A stretch of 63,003 nt of DNA, filler included, from Sluysia triapertura (GCA_046118255.1; 5 parts of 5 records of this genome joined end to end with filler, not necessarily neighbours in it); one strand, 5' to 3'; shown: positions 1-14,600, counted from the whole stretch's first letter. The notes: generated from the letters alone by a model not told the origin. Numbers and translations: made by a program.

Positions 1-105
1 TCTACATCTACGGTTAATATATATTTCATTATATGGAGGAGGGGGTCGTTTAAAATTTCCTAAGCTTGAAGGGGGTCACTATATAAAAAAGTTTAAGAAG
101 CCTTG
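1..105. mobile_element. Terminus of a hAT (Buster/Charlie-like) element, copy 1
   Basis: Near-identical to 23557-23661. The end reads CA(A/G)GGCTTCTTAAAC on the minus strand, and the adjacent 8-mer CTATACTT has a central TA. Confidence 0.65.
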
Positions 106-2383
106 CTATACTTTACGTAATTGACAATTGATTACCTTACGACTTTTATACTCAATAATTCCACATATCTATTCGGGTAAGAACATGTAATTGAAGAAGT
201 TAAATATTAATTATATTCTTATTAATCAGATTTTTTAACAATTGCTTGACGAAAGCAATTCAGTTTCAAATTACGTAAAATTAACAATTCAATTTTTTCA
301 TAAATGCTCTATAAAATCGTTATATCCAGTTTCTAATCCTGAAAATGTTTTAATTATTTATGTAAGATCGTATAAGAAGTCAATAAATATTGAATTAATA
401 AATATAATAATGCAAAATTAAATTATGTAAAAATTAATTAAGCAAATTTTATGCAATTATGGTCCAACCAAATATGTATTGGTTACGTTAGTGTCAGTTC
501 ATATTTCTATGGAACAAACCCTCATTATTAAACTTGTATTTGTGTGCGTTATTGATTGACGAATACAGCATTAAATAAATGTCCAAACTAAATTGAAATA
601 TTAAAAAAATTGCCAGTTACGAAACGGCAAAAAAATTGCTAAGCAAAAAATGAAATTATTACAATTTTGGATAGATAAAAATTAGTGAATTGATAGGACT
701 GAAAAAATAGGATTGAAGAAATTCCTATTTCGACAAAAAATGAATTAAGTGAAACTGACAATGCAAATTTAGAAAGTTTTTAAAGAGTTCGATGATTATG
801 AAGAAATATCGACTAAAAGTTTAAATAATAGTCATATTTTACGTATTTAATTCTTAAGTAAAATAAGGAATATGTTACAAATAACATGCTGCACTCGAAT
901 TCATAAATTTAGAATTAGTAAAAGTCATGGATGTGCTTATTTTTTCTATGTGGTACAGGTTTTACTGATGTGTCAGTTCTATAAAAAAAGGTCAATAACA
1001 TGGCGCAATCAGTTGCTTATCTTCAAGTCAATTATTAGTTAGTTGCCATGAATCCCGGCAGAAATTATTGCGATCTACGAATGCTCAGAACGGTGATGGT
1101 ATCGGTTATACAATTTCCACAATAAAGTTTCTAGAAGACATTATCAAAGCTGTGTATATGGGCAAGCAAGAGTCAGCGTTCTATTTGGGATTTAAATGCG
1201 ATTCAGATTGTTTTTTTTAGTGGAAGAAAAATCGCCATATTTTAATTAAATGATATAAGTGTAAGTGTAAATGATTGTACATGTACCAGAAACTCGGATA
1301 TCATAAATCATTCTAACTGCAATAATAATGACATCTTAATGAGTTATATTAATTTATTATTACTATAAATTTTATTGTAATATTTTTATTTGTTTCTCAT
1401 TGTCTTGAAATTTTTTTGGGTAGATCATCATCCCATTAACGTACTGTGTGAACTATGCGCTTTATCAAACAGTTAGCACTTTAGTAAAGGTTAATCAAGT
1501 AAATAAAAAACAAAATAAAGTTAATAATAAAGTTCAATATTTATAAGATCGTATATTTAAAACCAGGAAAGTGATTTTAACTTATATGCATAATATTTTA
1601 CAAATGGAATAACCGGTAATAGAACACTTCGAACTGTTATTTAGATTAGCAGATAATAACTTAAAAACTTTGTTTTCTGATATAATTGAATCAAATATTA
1701 ACGCTTTATATTGACATTTAATGAAAATCAATATTCAAATTAATAAAGCAAAATAATTAAATAAAAATTTTTCGTTTTTATTGCTACATATTTAAGTGTA
1801 GACTATTACATTAATTAAAAAAATTTTAAAGCAGATTTAGTTTTTTTGGTTTAGATAAAGATGTTTCAAAATTCTAATAAAATATTTTACATTCAAATAC
1901 AAGTTAAAAGAACCCACAATCAAGATACAATGAGTTTAATGAGTTTAAAGCTTTGCTTAAATAGTTGTAACCAGATTTAATTGCTGGAAATTTTCACAAA
2001 CGAATTTTATTGAATAAAGATAAAATAAAATAAGTGAATTTCTCGAGCAATTATTACACAATAAACCAATCCGTCAAGGACGCAGAGTTTAACGCAATAA
2101 CTAATAACTAATTATTTCAACATAATTTTATAAATGATTTTAATAAACAATTTCCTAAAGTAGTTTTAAAAGCTTTAAGTGAATTTATTAATCTTTTAAT
2201 TCGAATAAATATTAGTTTAATTCATAAACTAAAATAATAATAATAAATATTCTAATTTAACTCCATTCAAAATTTTTGTACCGCCATTATTACAAGTACA
2301 ATGTAAAATATTATATCTTAAAAAGATTAATCTAGTATTTAATACTTTCATATAATACAATTCAAACATAAACTCAAAATAAC

Positions 2384-2679
2384 CTCATCACGACCAATAA
2401 TCGGTGTTATAAATCCTGTACCAATAGTATTTTCTAAAACAAATCTACTTAAAACAAATGATTTTTGAAATTCTGCTGACAATTTAAGATACAAATTTTT
2501 CAAACTTGAATTGATATTTTGATTTCTCGTCATATCGGTGTACAATTCTTGTGCTAGAGAAATTGAGTAATTATTAGCGGGAAATACCGGGTCCGACTTA
2601 TTATCTGAAACAAATTGATGCCTAAATCCTAGCTTCATTGAATTACCATTATCTTTACTAATAAACAATGGTGCATCAT
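2384..2679 (-). CDS. SAMM50: SAM50 exon 4 (beta-barrel); later exons not found in the window
   Basis: DDAPLFISKDNGNSMKLGFRHQFVSDNKSDPVFP..LAQEL resembles '[32 protein letters not shown]..VNQEL'. Phase-1 acceptor ttttcag|AT. The 3' donor position is approximate. Confidence 0.85.
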
Positions 2680-4015
2680 CTGAAAAAAAAGTTAATAAAC
2701 TTATGTAAAATTAATAATGGCTATAATTATGATTAATTATTCGAATAAACTTATTTGAAAATACTCTTTTGAGTAATGCTCTGTGGAATTGCAAAACCAC
2801 GGTTTTTCAGGGTCTATTCATAATGTTTCATTTGAATTTATTCCTAAAAAAATTTATAAAAAAATCGAAAACATATATATTCACTAAAAAACAAAAGAAT
2901 ATCATCTTATATAAAATTTGAAGGAAAAAATATCTTGGAATTTAAGCTAACTGTAACTTCTTCATTTCTTTTGGCGGTTAATAACATTTTATGGCATTAT
3001 TGAATATGATTCACTTTGATGAATCTTGAAATTCGTGTCGGAATTTAAGAGAACATTGCAAGCTTCGTCGATTTTTCCTAAGAAATTATATTCCTCTAAG
3101 ACCTTCTAAAGAAACAGAGGTTATGAATGTAAAAGGAAAAGAAAGTGGGTTTTCTTAAATGAGATTACATTTCCTAAATTTCATGTAAAAATTGTAACAA
3201 AAACCGCGCTTTATAAAAATATTTCTGTTTTCTTAAATTTTAAACACATTTATTATCGAGTTGGTAGGAAATAAAATGCTAATTTTTATATGTACCTAAA
3301 TTCTAGAAATAAAATGAAATTGTTATGTCTCAATAGAGAAAAAATGTTATCCATTATGATGATTAATTAAATGTCATCTGTATATGTCCTGAGGTTGCAT
3401 ATTCAGTAGTTAATTTCTTGTTTATAAAATTAAATTATTTATTATTGAAATTATTTATATAATTATGCGTCAGTTGCTTTAAATAGTTAATCTATTGTCC
3501 GACATAAGATTTCTTTATTACCACCTTTTCGATCACGGATGTTTAAAAAATCACTCGATCCCCCATACTTCCTTTGAACTTTATTAAAAATACAGTGACT
3601 ATTATGATCAAACTACCAGATACTATTATCAAACAATTTGAGTATTAACGAAAAGTGTTACAAAGATTAAAAGCTTTGTAACAATAAATAAAAAAGATTT
3701 ACTGTTAAAAATGTAATTAAATCTTTGTGGATTCGAAAGTTAAAGGATTATCTTAGAAAATACCTTGTTAATTAGAGTATTCTTTCGAAGCTTATTATCG
3801 AGTAGAAATTTGTGTGTGAATTATAGCTGAACTTGATTATAAAAATTGAGTTGATGCAACCAAAGGTATCCTTGAAATTAAATATCATGGAAGATTTAGA
3901 TAAGACTGCAGATTGGCATATAACATAAAACAAATAATAGAATCTAAGTAGTAAAATGTACAAATAAATTTATAAATAATTTTCTTTGCAAGTTTAATTT
4001 TATAAATTAATTTAA

Positions 4016-5301
4016 CACTAGAACTACCAAGACCGCCATTTTTACGGTTTTCAAATTTCATTCTTAAAAATTTGATATAATTTATGTAATTGTTATAGAA
4101 TTTTATAAGGCGACTTTTAATGAAATACAAGAACAGTTAAATATTCCTATTCAATTTTAACTTCCATAATTAGTATACCCATTTATACCAAGACCCGTCA
4201 AAAAGACGGCTTTGGCACTTTTAAATTTGAATGATCCAAAGTTATAGGCAGCCATTATAAGGGGATCTATTTTGCTCCGAGTACGATTCAGTTTAGAACT
4301 GGTAAATGTAATCACAACGCAATCATTATCAGTTGTACAATCTGTGCGAAAGCCCATTCTCGAAAATACTATGTACATATTTTTATAAAATATTGAAATT
4401 TATTTTTTAAGTACGATTAAGAATTAAGTTTTGGTTAGCTGTAGACATGCGATGTAAATACCTTATAAATGGCTTTCCCTATTTAGGCATTTGAATGAAT
4501 TTGTAGATTTGAATCTTGTACAAAACTATGTAAATTGTGGGAAAAATAGAACGGAAATATAACGGAGAAATAATACAACTCGCAAAGAAGCTACTGGCCA
4601 AAAAAACAAGTCTTGTTGGAACTGTGCGAGCAAATAAAAGAGAATTGCCGAAAATAGCTAAAGTTAGAAAAGATAACATGGCTCTTTTCTCCACCAAACT
4701 CTACAAAGCAAATGACATTGTTCTAACAAAACCATGCCTCGTAAAAAAGTACAACTTCTTAGCTCAAAACATAAATCCGTAAAAATTGTTTATAATCGAA
4801 AATATATTCCTGCAACTATGTCGTAGATGTACTTGACCAAATGGTCCGCAATTATAGTGTAAAAGCAGAGTCACGTAGATGGCTTTTGCAGGTATTTTAT
4901 AATATTTTGGACTGAATATAAATGTTGCAGAAAATCCTTCTTCCAAAAACAATGGATTGTATTCCAGAAAACTCAAAAAAAGTCCTAATGAACTTAAATC
5001 TTGCCAAATTCGATTGTGAAACAAAAACGGAGCGGCTTATGCCAGCAATGCATGCAACAAATACGTTTGTGGCAAGTGTTCACCTAAGATAACATGTTCT
5101 TATAAAATATGTACCTCATAGTTATTTCATGCATATGAAATGTGCTGTACTATAAATGCAAATAGAAACTGTTTTCGTTGTTTTTTATTAATAAATGTTT
5201 TTGTTAAATTATATTCTTTTATAATCATTACCTAGGTCAAAAGTTACAATGAAAGCCATAATCAAAAATCTGTCGATTTGACGGGTGCGGTAAATTTAGT
5301 G
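4016..5301 (+). mobile_element. Internally deleted piggyBac transposon in SAM50 intron 3
   Basis: TTAA on both flanks (4012-4015, 5302-5305); imperfect TIRs CACTAGAACTACC / CACTAAATTTACC. Transposase remnants LAKKLLAKKTSLVGTVRANKRELP and DVLDQMVRNYSVKAESRRWLLQVFYNILD, plus a Cys-rich tail CNKYVCGKC, with stops and frameshifts. Confidence 0.9.
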
Positions 5302-5577
5302 TTAATAGGTAGTTCTAGTAGTAATCATATTATCGATGAATAAGTAAAAACCTCATGTAAAAAAACTAAACTTTTAATAAGTTACACATAAGTCTTACTG
5401 CGTTAAGAACTGTTTAAGTCTAAAAAGGAATTATTTGAAAAAATTATTAATAGTATAAACAGACAGGGCAAAATTTAGTAAAATTCAAAAAATTTCGCAA
5501 TTTTATCAATTCAGCCATTCTGTATTACACAATCAATTTCAATAACTTGCATGAAATTTTTTCAAATAAAAATTTAC

Positions 5578-5777
5578 CATAAGATTTAATTTCCCGAATT
5601 AAAGTTTGGATTCGAAAATTATGTTTACCAAGATTAGATACCCAACTACATTCAGTAAAACCACCAGTAGTTGATTCATTAAATTTACTCCACCATCTGT
5701 TCGAAGTATCATCCCAGGCACCAACTCCAAAATATACCATAGGAAAATTTTCTAATGGTTTAACAAATGCCACTGAA
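5578..5777 (-). CDS. SAMM50: SAM50 exon 3 (beta-barrel)
   Basis: SVAFVKP..WWSKFNESTTGG..HNFRIQTLIREI resembles 'LSFFKP..PWSSLRETDRG..HTVKWEGVWREL'. Phase-consistent acceptor (ttttag|T) and donor (G|gtaaat). Confidence 0.8.
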
Positions 5778-8689
5778 CTAAAATCAAAAGTATCTATAAA
5801 TAACACAATTCGTTATGTACTTCATCGAAAAGTTTTTACTATCACATGAGTTGAACACTATTCTAAATCTTATTATGAAATTTAATAATCCTTTCGAGAA
5901 TAACCCTGAATTTACAACAATACGGTTTATGTGATAAAAAATATTTATCAGTTATAATTATAGTCCAAAGATTATTTGAATGTATTAAAATAATTTAAAC
6001 AGAAAACACAATGATAATAATATAAATGAAAAGTTACATACTGCTTGTTTTCATTTTTATCAATTATTTTATGCCTGATCACGTTTATTATACAGTTTAA
6101 AACTTTCATACCAAATAATTCAAACATGATTCAAAATTTCATTTAAGTTCTGGAAATATAATTATGTTCGATAAAATTTTTATCATCAATAACGATAGTA
6201 ACGGTCAATATGTATTATGTGTTTGACTAATGTGACAGAAAAACCTCAACAATAATTTAAGGTGTCATCTACATTATTCTAGTATAAAAACTGTAATAAA
6301 TAAGAGTAGTAATATTAAAAGCAATGTTAAAAAAGAAAATCATATCTTTCTTCAATTATCAAAATTTATACCACTTGATATAAAAATATTAATATATCTT
6401 TTTGGTTATAACCACTTTTGAAAGTAGTTTCTGAAAAATAATTAACATCTTGGACTACAATCATTGTAGAAGTTTGTTAAAATGCAACGTTTATTAAATG
6501 TATGAATTGCAGCAAGAAGATATTCTAGAACAAATTTCAAGATGAAAATACAAAGTTTCATCCCAGAGTCCGGTTCATGAAATCAGGGACAAAAATCAAA
6601 AATATTAAAAATAAGTGATGTGAAAAACGTAACCTTTTTCGAATAAATGTCCGAATTATAAATTAATATTGTAAAATTATACATTACAATAAAATAAAAA
6701 ATATAACTTCAAATAAATCTAAGAAAATCTCATTAATCTTAAAATAAAATTATAACTAAATATAACAATTTGTTACTATCATCAAAAAAATCTTAAAATG
6801 TCCCAAATGAAATAAAGAAATAAATGCAAGTACAAACTAATAAATTATATATACATATTATATGTATTTTAGAAAATTAAATAATTTATACATGAAATTT
6901 GCCATAGAATCATTATATACAGAATGAAACTGACTCTTAGAAATAAAAAAGTTGGAAACCAAGATGAATATTTCATTGAGACTTAATATTCTATACAGAA
7001 TATTCTATACGCGCTACCAGAAAATGTCAATTTGGAAGCGTATATGAAGTCTTATTTATTATTAATATAACATTGTGATTAGTTTTATTAATTTTTACAT
7101 GTATACATACTAAATTATTATTGTTATTTATTTGCTTATTAAAATTTGGTTCTTTTAAATTACAATAATTTTCTTTATAAAACAAAATTATCAAATAAAG
7201 TTCGAAAGGTTTATTAAGTAAAACGTTTAATTGAACATAAAGGTTAATATTACAAAATGTTATAGTTAAGAATGTTATTGCCAAATGGTTTATATTTTGA
7301 TCTGCCATCATTTTCTTCTAACATTTTAACCTAAACAAAAAATAAAAACTATAATCATAGGTCAAATTTGCATAAATAGTTAGTTAACTTTACTTTTAGA
7401 TCTGGATCGTCCACTAGAACATTTAGCTGATTTGTCTTCAACATTGCTTTGGTAGTCGTTGATCTTAGAATTCAATTGAGATTGATCAATTTGGAAGGAA
7501 TTTACTAACTGCAGACTCGTTCAAGATCGTAACTGAAAGTGTCAGCACTTAAGGAAAGAAAACGTAGTTCTTGAACACTGTCGATATATTTGCATGAAGT
7601 ACTAAATCTAATGCATACGCCAGATTGATCTAAACAGGAAAGGCATAGAGCTATTGTTTTGTTACTTGAATAGAATTCGCTCTTGTTCCGAATCTTCAAT
7701 GCTGCATAGGCTGACATACTCATATGGTACATGTGGTTGTCCGTTGGACTAGAATTATGTTGATTTGTCAAAATAAGAACGCATTTTCTTTGACTATATC
7801 TAGTGGATATAACATAAAATTCTGCTAGCATTTTACACATTGTAGGAAATTGATGTATAAAATTAATCAAGACATTAAATAAATCGTAATAAAATAATTA
7901 ATCATTTCATCTTGAGATATCAACTTAAATAAACATTTAATCAACATATAGTCTTTAGGTTTTATCTTGAGTATAAGATTATATCTTTATTTGTTTTTAT
8001 AAACATAACTCTTTAAGTAGTATTCAGAGAACTATACTTTCTTATGTCGCAAGTATCGGACAAATTAATATCTTTAAATCTTTTTTTAAACGAATCATGT
8101 AGTTGAATTAAAGAGATAAAATAATTTTGGATCGAGCATTGATTGTGATTCATTAATTTCAATTTTGAAGTAGGTCTTTTTTGGTTTCTTAGTAAATCAT
8201 ATTCTGGCAATTTTGTTACAAATTCTAAATCTTTACATTGGTAAATTCTATGGCCAGTATGAGCTCGTATATATTGACTACATGGAATATCATTGTTCTT
8301 ACTCACTTTTTCTACTAAAGTTGATAATGGTCTGTTAATTCTACAATAAATCAATGAAGAAGTCAAATGCATTTTTTAAAATTAATTTTTTTAGCTGCTA
8401 AAATGTTTGAGTAAAAATAATTTTTTGTCTGTGTGTTATTGTGCAATTACCACCAAAATTTTATAAAACAATTGCGTTGAGTTAAGTTGGCTATTATTAG
8501 ATGGCCAATAGGAATTACTCATTTTTCGTTATGAGACTATCAGTAATGACAGTTAATAAGAAATGCTGGTTGAAATACTGTTATCACTGACAGCGTAAAT
8601 AGTATAATTATATATGTAGCAACAAAATATGATTGATAATACTTAATAATAATGAGAAAAATAATTAATAGTAGTAGTAATTGATAATG

Positions 8690-8753
8690 ATAATTACAGT
8701 AATAATACTAATAATAAAAATGGGCAAAATATAATAATAATAAATAAAAACTG

Positions 8754-8789
<36 letters not shown>

Positions 8790-8950
8790 TAAAATAAAAA
8801 ACGCATAAATACACAAATTCTTTCTTAATACTCTTTGCTTTCTTAAAAAAACAAAATTTCTTAATAATAAGAATGAGAATAATAATAATAATAAAATTAA
8901 AATTAATAAAATAAAATAATAAGAGTAAAAACTGCATAAATACATAAATT
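8690..8950. repeat. (TAA)n microsatellite within a short local duplication
   Basis: (AAT)n tract at about 8755-8788; GCATAAATAC(A/C)..AATTC occurs twice (about 8803 and 8934). Confidence 0.8.
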
Positions 8951-10395
8951 CGTTTATCTTCCTCTATCTTTTAACAATTTCTTCTTTTTGAAACATTTCT
9001 TGAATACAAATTCTTTTATAACATTACTGTTTCTTTTTTATATTATCTATTAAAAGGAGTTCATGCAGTAAAAACTAAAAAACATAACAACGTAGTTAAA
9101 GATGTTGAAAGAAATTGATAAGTGTCTGAATAAAATAAAAACGTAATTAAAGATGCTACAGAAATTCCACTTTGATTATAATGAAGTTTTATCAAATTTT
9201 TAAATGTAAGTTTAATGTTTTTCAATAATATTAATGATTTAAATGTTTTAATGATTTAAATGATTTAATGATCAACCATTATTTTCCTCTACTCTACTCG
9301 GTTTATTTTCTCTTAAATTACTTCTCAAATTAAAATAACAATCATTAGTGTTGACCACATTCATAACAATAATTAATTATTAAGCAAAGGTGAATTCAAA
9401 ATCATAATAATGCTTACATTATGTAAGTCCTGAATAGGGATAATAAAAATGCATATACCATAAGATATAATGCTTTATATAAATCTACAGTAATAATTAG
9501 CTAGATGATAATTATTTTGCACTAGATATTAGCGCAACTTATAAATTAATAATTAATCAATAATTAACATTCAAAAATAAATTTATCTTTAGAATCCATT
9601 CAATTTTCTAATGGAAAAGGTTTAAGGTTCTTCTTCTGAAACAGATCATTCTATGATCATTCAAATTCATTCTAGATGCTCTTCTTCCACAGCAATAATC
9701 TGATATTCAATTAATTATCCTTTAAAAATACCAAATATGAAAAATTTAACATTCTGGAATTAAGATTAATTAAAATTAATATTAAGGTTTTCCTTGAATG
9801 AACTCCGTCAAACCGCATGTTCATCGAAAGATCTTTTTAAAATAAACGCATACATAGTCATAGCATTCCACATTCAAACATTATTTATAAAAAAGTATTT
9901 TTTGTTAAGATTTTAATTAATCTAATTTTACATGTTATCTTATTCCACGTTTAAAGGTTTTATGAAGTTGTTTGACTTTTTAATGCATTCAGGGATTCTA
10001 GGTGTTTTCACTTTCACCACTCCAACTCCTTTTCTAATTATCTATATCAGCTATTAATGTATCAAATGTCTTTAATATTTTAAAGATTTCAAAGGTCTTT
10101 ACACTTATCAAAGTCTCAAGGTTCTTATAAGTTTATAAATTTTAAAGGATCTCTATGTTCTCAATCAATTTAGAAGCCGATCAATTTTGTTCATGATTTA
10201 AAATTTAATCGATATCGTTATTAATAAAGGTAAAGATGAAGATAAAGATATCGTTGTACAAACATAAGCATTCATTTATTGTTATTATTTTAAACATTAA
10301 TTATCCAATGGAGTACAAATTTCTCACTTAAAATGATTGTAGACAAATATCCAAATCATGTTTTTTAAATCATCTTATTTAGAAGCATATCTAAC

Positions 10396-10736
10396 CCTCC
10401 TACATTATTTTTGATATCATAATAATAATTCACATCTACTTTTTCTGCCTTTCCAAGAAAATTGTTTGAAAATCCTTTTAAATTAATTCCAATTGAATTA
10501 TCTAATCCACAAAACGCTTTAATAGCAAAATTTCTTTCTTGTTTCTCTTCAACATTTACAATCAAATGAAAATTGGCTGTGTTGGTAGAGTTATTTGACA
10601 ATTTAGGTTTGTACTTATCAAGTGTCACTTTAATTGAATTGAATACTTGCAGTGATTCTAATCTATTTACTAAACCTGTAATACAATTAACCAAATCTGG
10701 CATAGTGTTAGCTTTAAATATGTTTTCAAGAGCTAT
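10396..10736 (-). CDS. SAMM50: SAM50 exon 2
   Basis: IALENIFKANTMPDLV..RLESLQVFNSIKVTLD..NNFLGKAEKV resembles SAM50 'DVFKAKNL..KLLRLGIFRQVDVLID..NLLGRAEKV'. Its phase-2 donor (GG|gttag) matches the next acceptor. Confidence 0.9.
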
Positions 10737-10771
10737 CTATAAATAAATAATTAGTAGCAATTTAAAAATAC

Positions 10772-10864
10772 AACTTGTTTCTTAATAAAATCATCATTTA
10801 CTCGAACAATTCCATTTACTGAAACTTTATTCACTGTGACTTGAATATTGGTGTCACCTTCCAT
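10772..10864 (-). CDS. SAMM50: SAM50 exon 1 (start of POTRA domain)
   Basis: ATG at 10864 reads MEGDTNIQVTVNKVSVNGIVRVNDDFIKKQ(V), resembling SAM50 'VVVQHVHFDGLGRTKDDII'. A 35- or 38-nt GT..AG intron follows (two possible donors). Confidence 0.85.
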
Positions 10865-11522
10865 ATCGTCAATTAGAAAATGATTGAATTTAGTATAGTT
10901 TTAAACATACGCACGTAATAATTTAAATACTTTTCAAAACCATTTATAAATATATAACAAACATTTTATAAACCTTATAAAAATATTACATATTAAGTAT
11001 ATTGAATTATTTATTAATTTTTTTAAAATCCAATAAGATTTGTGGTCTATATTTAATAATTAAAAATTATAATCGAAAATTTAAGATATTGATTTAACTA
11101 AACACACTTGAACTTAATTTCTTTAAAATTACAAAACATCATCTTGACGATTTTCGATCCGAAGTTTCGCTTGTATTATGATAAAAGGCTTCAAATTTTA
11201 GGTAAATTATAAAGAATTATTAAAATTAAATGTACTAGTTATATCCAAAAAGATCTTCAACTGAAAAATTTCATTAATTAAAATGAAAATTTATTTAATT
11301 CATCATTAAAACATTTATGTTTATGTGATTGTTCTTCATAAATATTTGTAATTTTTTTAATAACTGTAACTGCTAGATCAGCTATGCCGTAAAAAGTATT
11401 TTCATTTTTTTCTAAAATCATGAGATCATTACCCGGTTCTTGTCCTATTGTTGGGATTAGTGAAGGATAAGGGTTGATATAAGGGTCAAAACTTGGAATA
11501 ATATGATAAGTAGAGCGTTATT

Positions 11523-11622
11523 NNNNNNNNNNNNNNNNNNNNNNNNNNNNNNNNNNNNNNNNNNNNTTAATTAATTAANNNNNNNNNNNNNNNNNNNNNN
11601 NNNNNNNNNNNNNNNNNNNNNN
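11523..11622. other. Artificial contig spacer
   Basis: N44-TTAATTAATTAA-N44 linker. Confidence 0.99.
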
Positions 11623-14600
11623 ATATTCCAACGTTGGTCGTAATTATTTGTTAAGTCATTTAGTATCGGACGATTTTGTTCATTATTGTTTAAATTTACG
11701 CAAAGCGTATTTTTTATACAATTAGTAATTAGTATTCCATTAGTAAGTCGTATAGTGTAAACGGACTCAGAATAATAATAATTTATTTTGCTGTAAGTTA
11801 GGCTCTTTTATTAAGAAAAGCCCAGCAAACAGCTTCATTACATGTTTTTTTAACATTACTATATAAGTTATCTCAATTTATCTGAAAATCTCAATTTATC
11901 TCAATTTATTTTATATGACTAATTTAAATTTAACTGATTTAAAAAAGTAATTTTAATAAATTTGATTTTGATGGTGTTGATAAAAGTTCTGATGGCAGTC
12001 AAAATATTAGGAATCTGCGTGAATTCCTTACGATATTAGACTTACTAACTTAAGGGCTAATACTTGACTTTAAAATAGTTGTATGGAGGTTTTTATATAA
12101 AGAAATGTCAACAGTCTAGCTAAAGAACTAATGTAACGACGTCATAGGTTTAGTTTCTGTCTTATTGCAATGACAGGTTGAAACTATCTTATTTACGTCA
12201 GATCTTGAAAGAGGGATGTCAATTTGATAGATTTTAATACTATAATTTCTAGATGTCACATATTTTGGGGGTAATTTTATAACTATGTAATTTTATTGTT
12301 ACGGTAAGAATAAATAATTCGTACGATAAGTAAATTAAATATATTATAACAAAATTCTAAGTACTGGTACAATGAAATACGTTACACTGATAATACTAAT
12401 GTAATAATTACATGAAATTTGTAAAAATTATACGTTTAGTAATAATTTTGTCTTTAACTCAATTTAGATTTAATTTACATCAACCCTTTAAACTATAAAA
12501 TTTTAAATGAAAAAATTATAAATGATTTTAAGTAGATTTTTTGTCAACTTAAAAATTGCACAACTGAAAATCAAATTGACTAACGGAACTATTTATCAAT
12601 TGGATATCCTTAGTGAAATTTCGAAGAATAATTGTCTGCGAAGAATTGCGAATTAAAATTTGTATTGTTTTACTGTTATTGGTATTGTTATACTGTTGCG
12701 CTTGAATTGAAACTGTGTAATTTATGCATTTTATTATTACTTATATACTAAAATTTGTGAAGGTCATATTTAGTTTAAACAAATTTTGTAAATTATTTTT
12801 AAAATGAAATTAATTAAATAGTTCGTAATTATAAATTAAATAGTTCCGTTTATTTTAATTTAAAATTATATTTAAGATTTTCTAAAAATATTAATAAAAA
12901 TATAAAACATACTAACATTATAAAATTAAAATATTGATTTAACAAAATACAATCTTAAAATTTTCAAAATATTGGTTTAAAAATAGTTAAAAATAGCTGA
13001 ACCAATAAAATCAAACATAATGTTATGCACACAAAAGTTGAACAATTATTAATTGAACTTTATTGAACACAATTATTGACAGCACTGATGATTTATACTG
13101 TTCAATTTTTAAAACAATCACCAATTTTAGAGATTCTAATTTTAATAAATTAAATGCTTATGGACAAAATAAAATATAAGATTTTGTATGTTTTAAAAAA
13201 TATAATGAGATGTGATTGTTGAGTCACCTACGATCTTAAACTTACACACTTAAGGGCTAAGTCGTAAGTAGCAATAAGAATAGTCAGTGGGGGTTGATGT
13301 AACCAACTTTTGTTGTTTTAATGCTAATAATTGGTACTTGTTTATTATTGAAGTTTTTAATTGTGTTAAAAATTTAAAATTCATAATTCATAATTTAAGT
13401 AAGATTTTTCTACCCTATCCTTACTAGTACAATTCTTTAGGTATTTTTTGTCCGTATAAAAGCGGCGTTCCTTATATGATAAGAAACAAAAAATTATGAT
13501 AACAAAAATATTTTAAAAATAATATATTTATATTTGTAAAGGCGTTAGTAAAAACAATATAAATAACATAAAATTATATATAACAATGATATTGTAAGAT
13601 TATTATATAATATTTAGAATTTAGACTAAATGTTATGGGACCCAAATTAAAGATTTAAGTATTAATTTACAACCTAAAGAAAAATACGCTCACTTATATA
13701 ACGATTAAACAATAAATTCCTCTGTTGAAAACTGTAGTCCTTTGAATGTAAAATCAAATCATTCGATTGTGAAATCTATGTAATAATTTGATTATAAGAT
13801 TGAAAAATTTTCTTTGTTACAGTCGAACATAATGATAAGCTTTTTAAACAATGTTGTCTTAGTTTAAATAATGTTGTGTTTTTGATCTTTAAATAGTTGT
13901 TTGAACTGGCCGTGAATATTGATATATTAAAACAAGATTTTAAATATTTTAATTTTAAATAAATTTTAATGTAATTATGAATGAAGAAATTAATTTATAA
14001 TAAATTATTAATTTTAATACAATAATAATATAATACAATATATAATAATGTCATGAATTTATTGATTTTTAATTTTATTTACAATTAAAAATTCAATTGT
14101 GTATATTCAATTGTTTGTCTAAATATAAGTTCAATTGTGGATGTGACAAAAACATGTTCTTCTGCTATCGTTTTACTTTCATCACGCATGTTTTCATAAA
14201 AGCAATGTCTTTATTTGTGAAAAGAACACAATGCAGAAGAGTTTATAATTTTGGTGTTGATGTTCATTTAATATTTGTACTGAGAACTCGATTTTTGTTC
14301 AAGTTATGAAATTAATCTTCAATGTTTTTGGGTCACTTATCCCATTTAGTGAATTTTTTTGCCAAGCCTTAAGCCGGCTTTAATTATAAAAATAAGAGTA
14401 AATAAAATAACATCTTATCTTAAAAAAACTATAAAGCGTGTAATACCTCAAAGTGACTCAAAATTGTTTGTATTTATTTAGGATTGTAGGCGTGTAAATT
14501 TTATATTATGCTATCATCCCCTTGTAAACCGAAGCTAAAAATCCATTTCCAATTTACTAATATCAAATCCCAATACAATATAATAATACTTTCACTTTAA

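Noticed and set aside
1001-1065. tRNA/SINE-like boxes (TGGCGCAATCAG..GAATCCCGG)
   Set aside because: No cloverleaf can be folded and the B box is poor; at most a decayed SINE head.
8665-8945. Poly-Leu/Tyr ORFs here and the poly-Ile ORF at 34777-34962
   Set aside because: They are translations of (TAA)n microsatellites.
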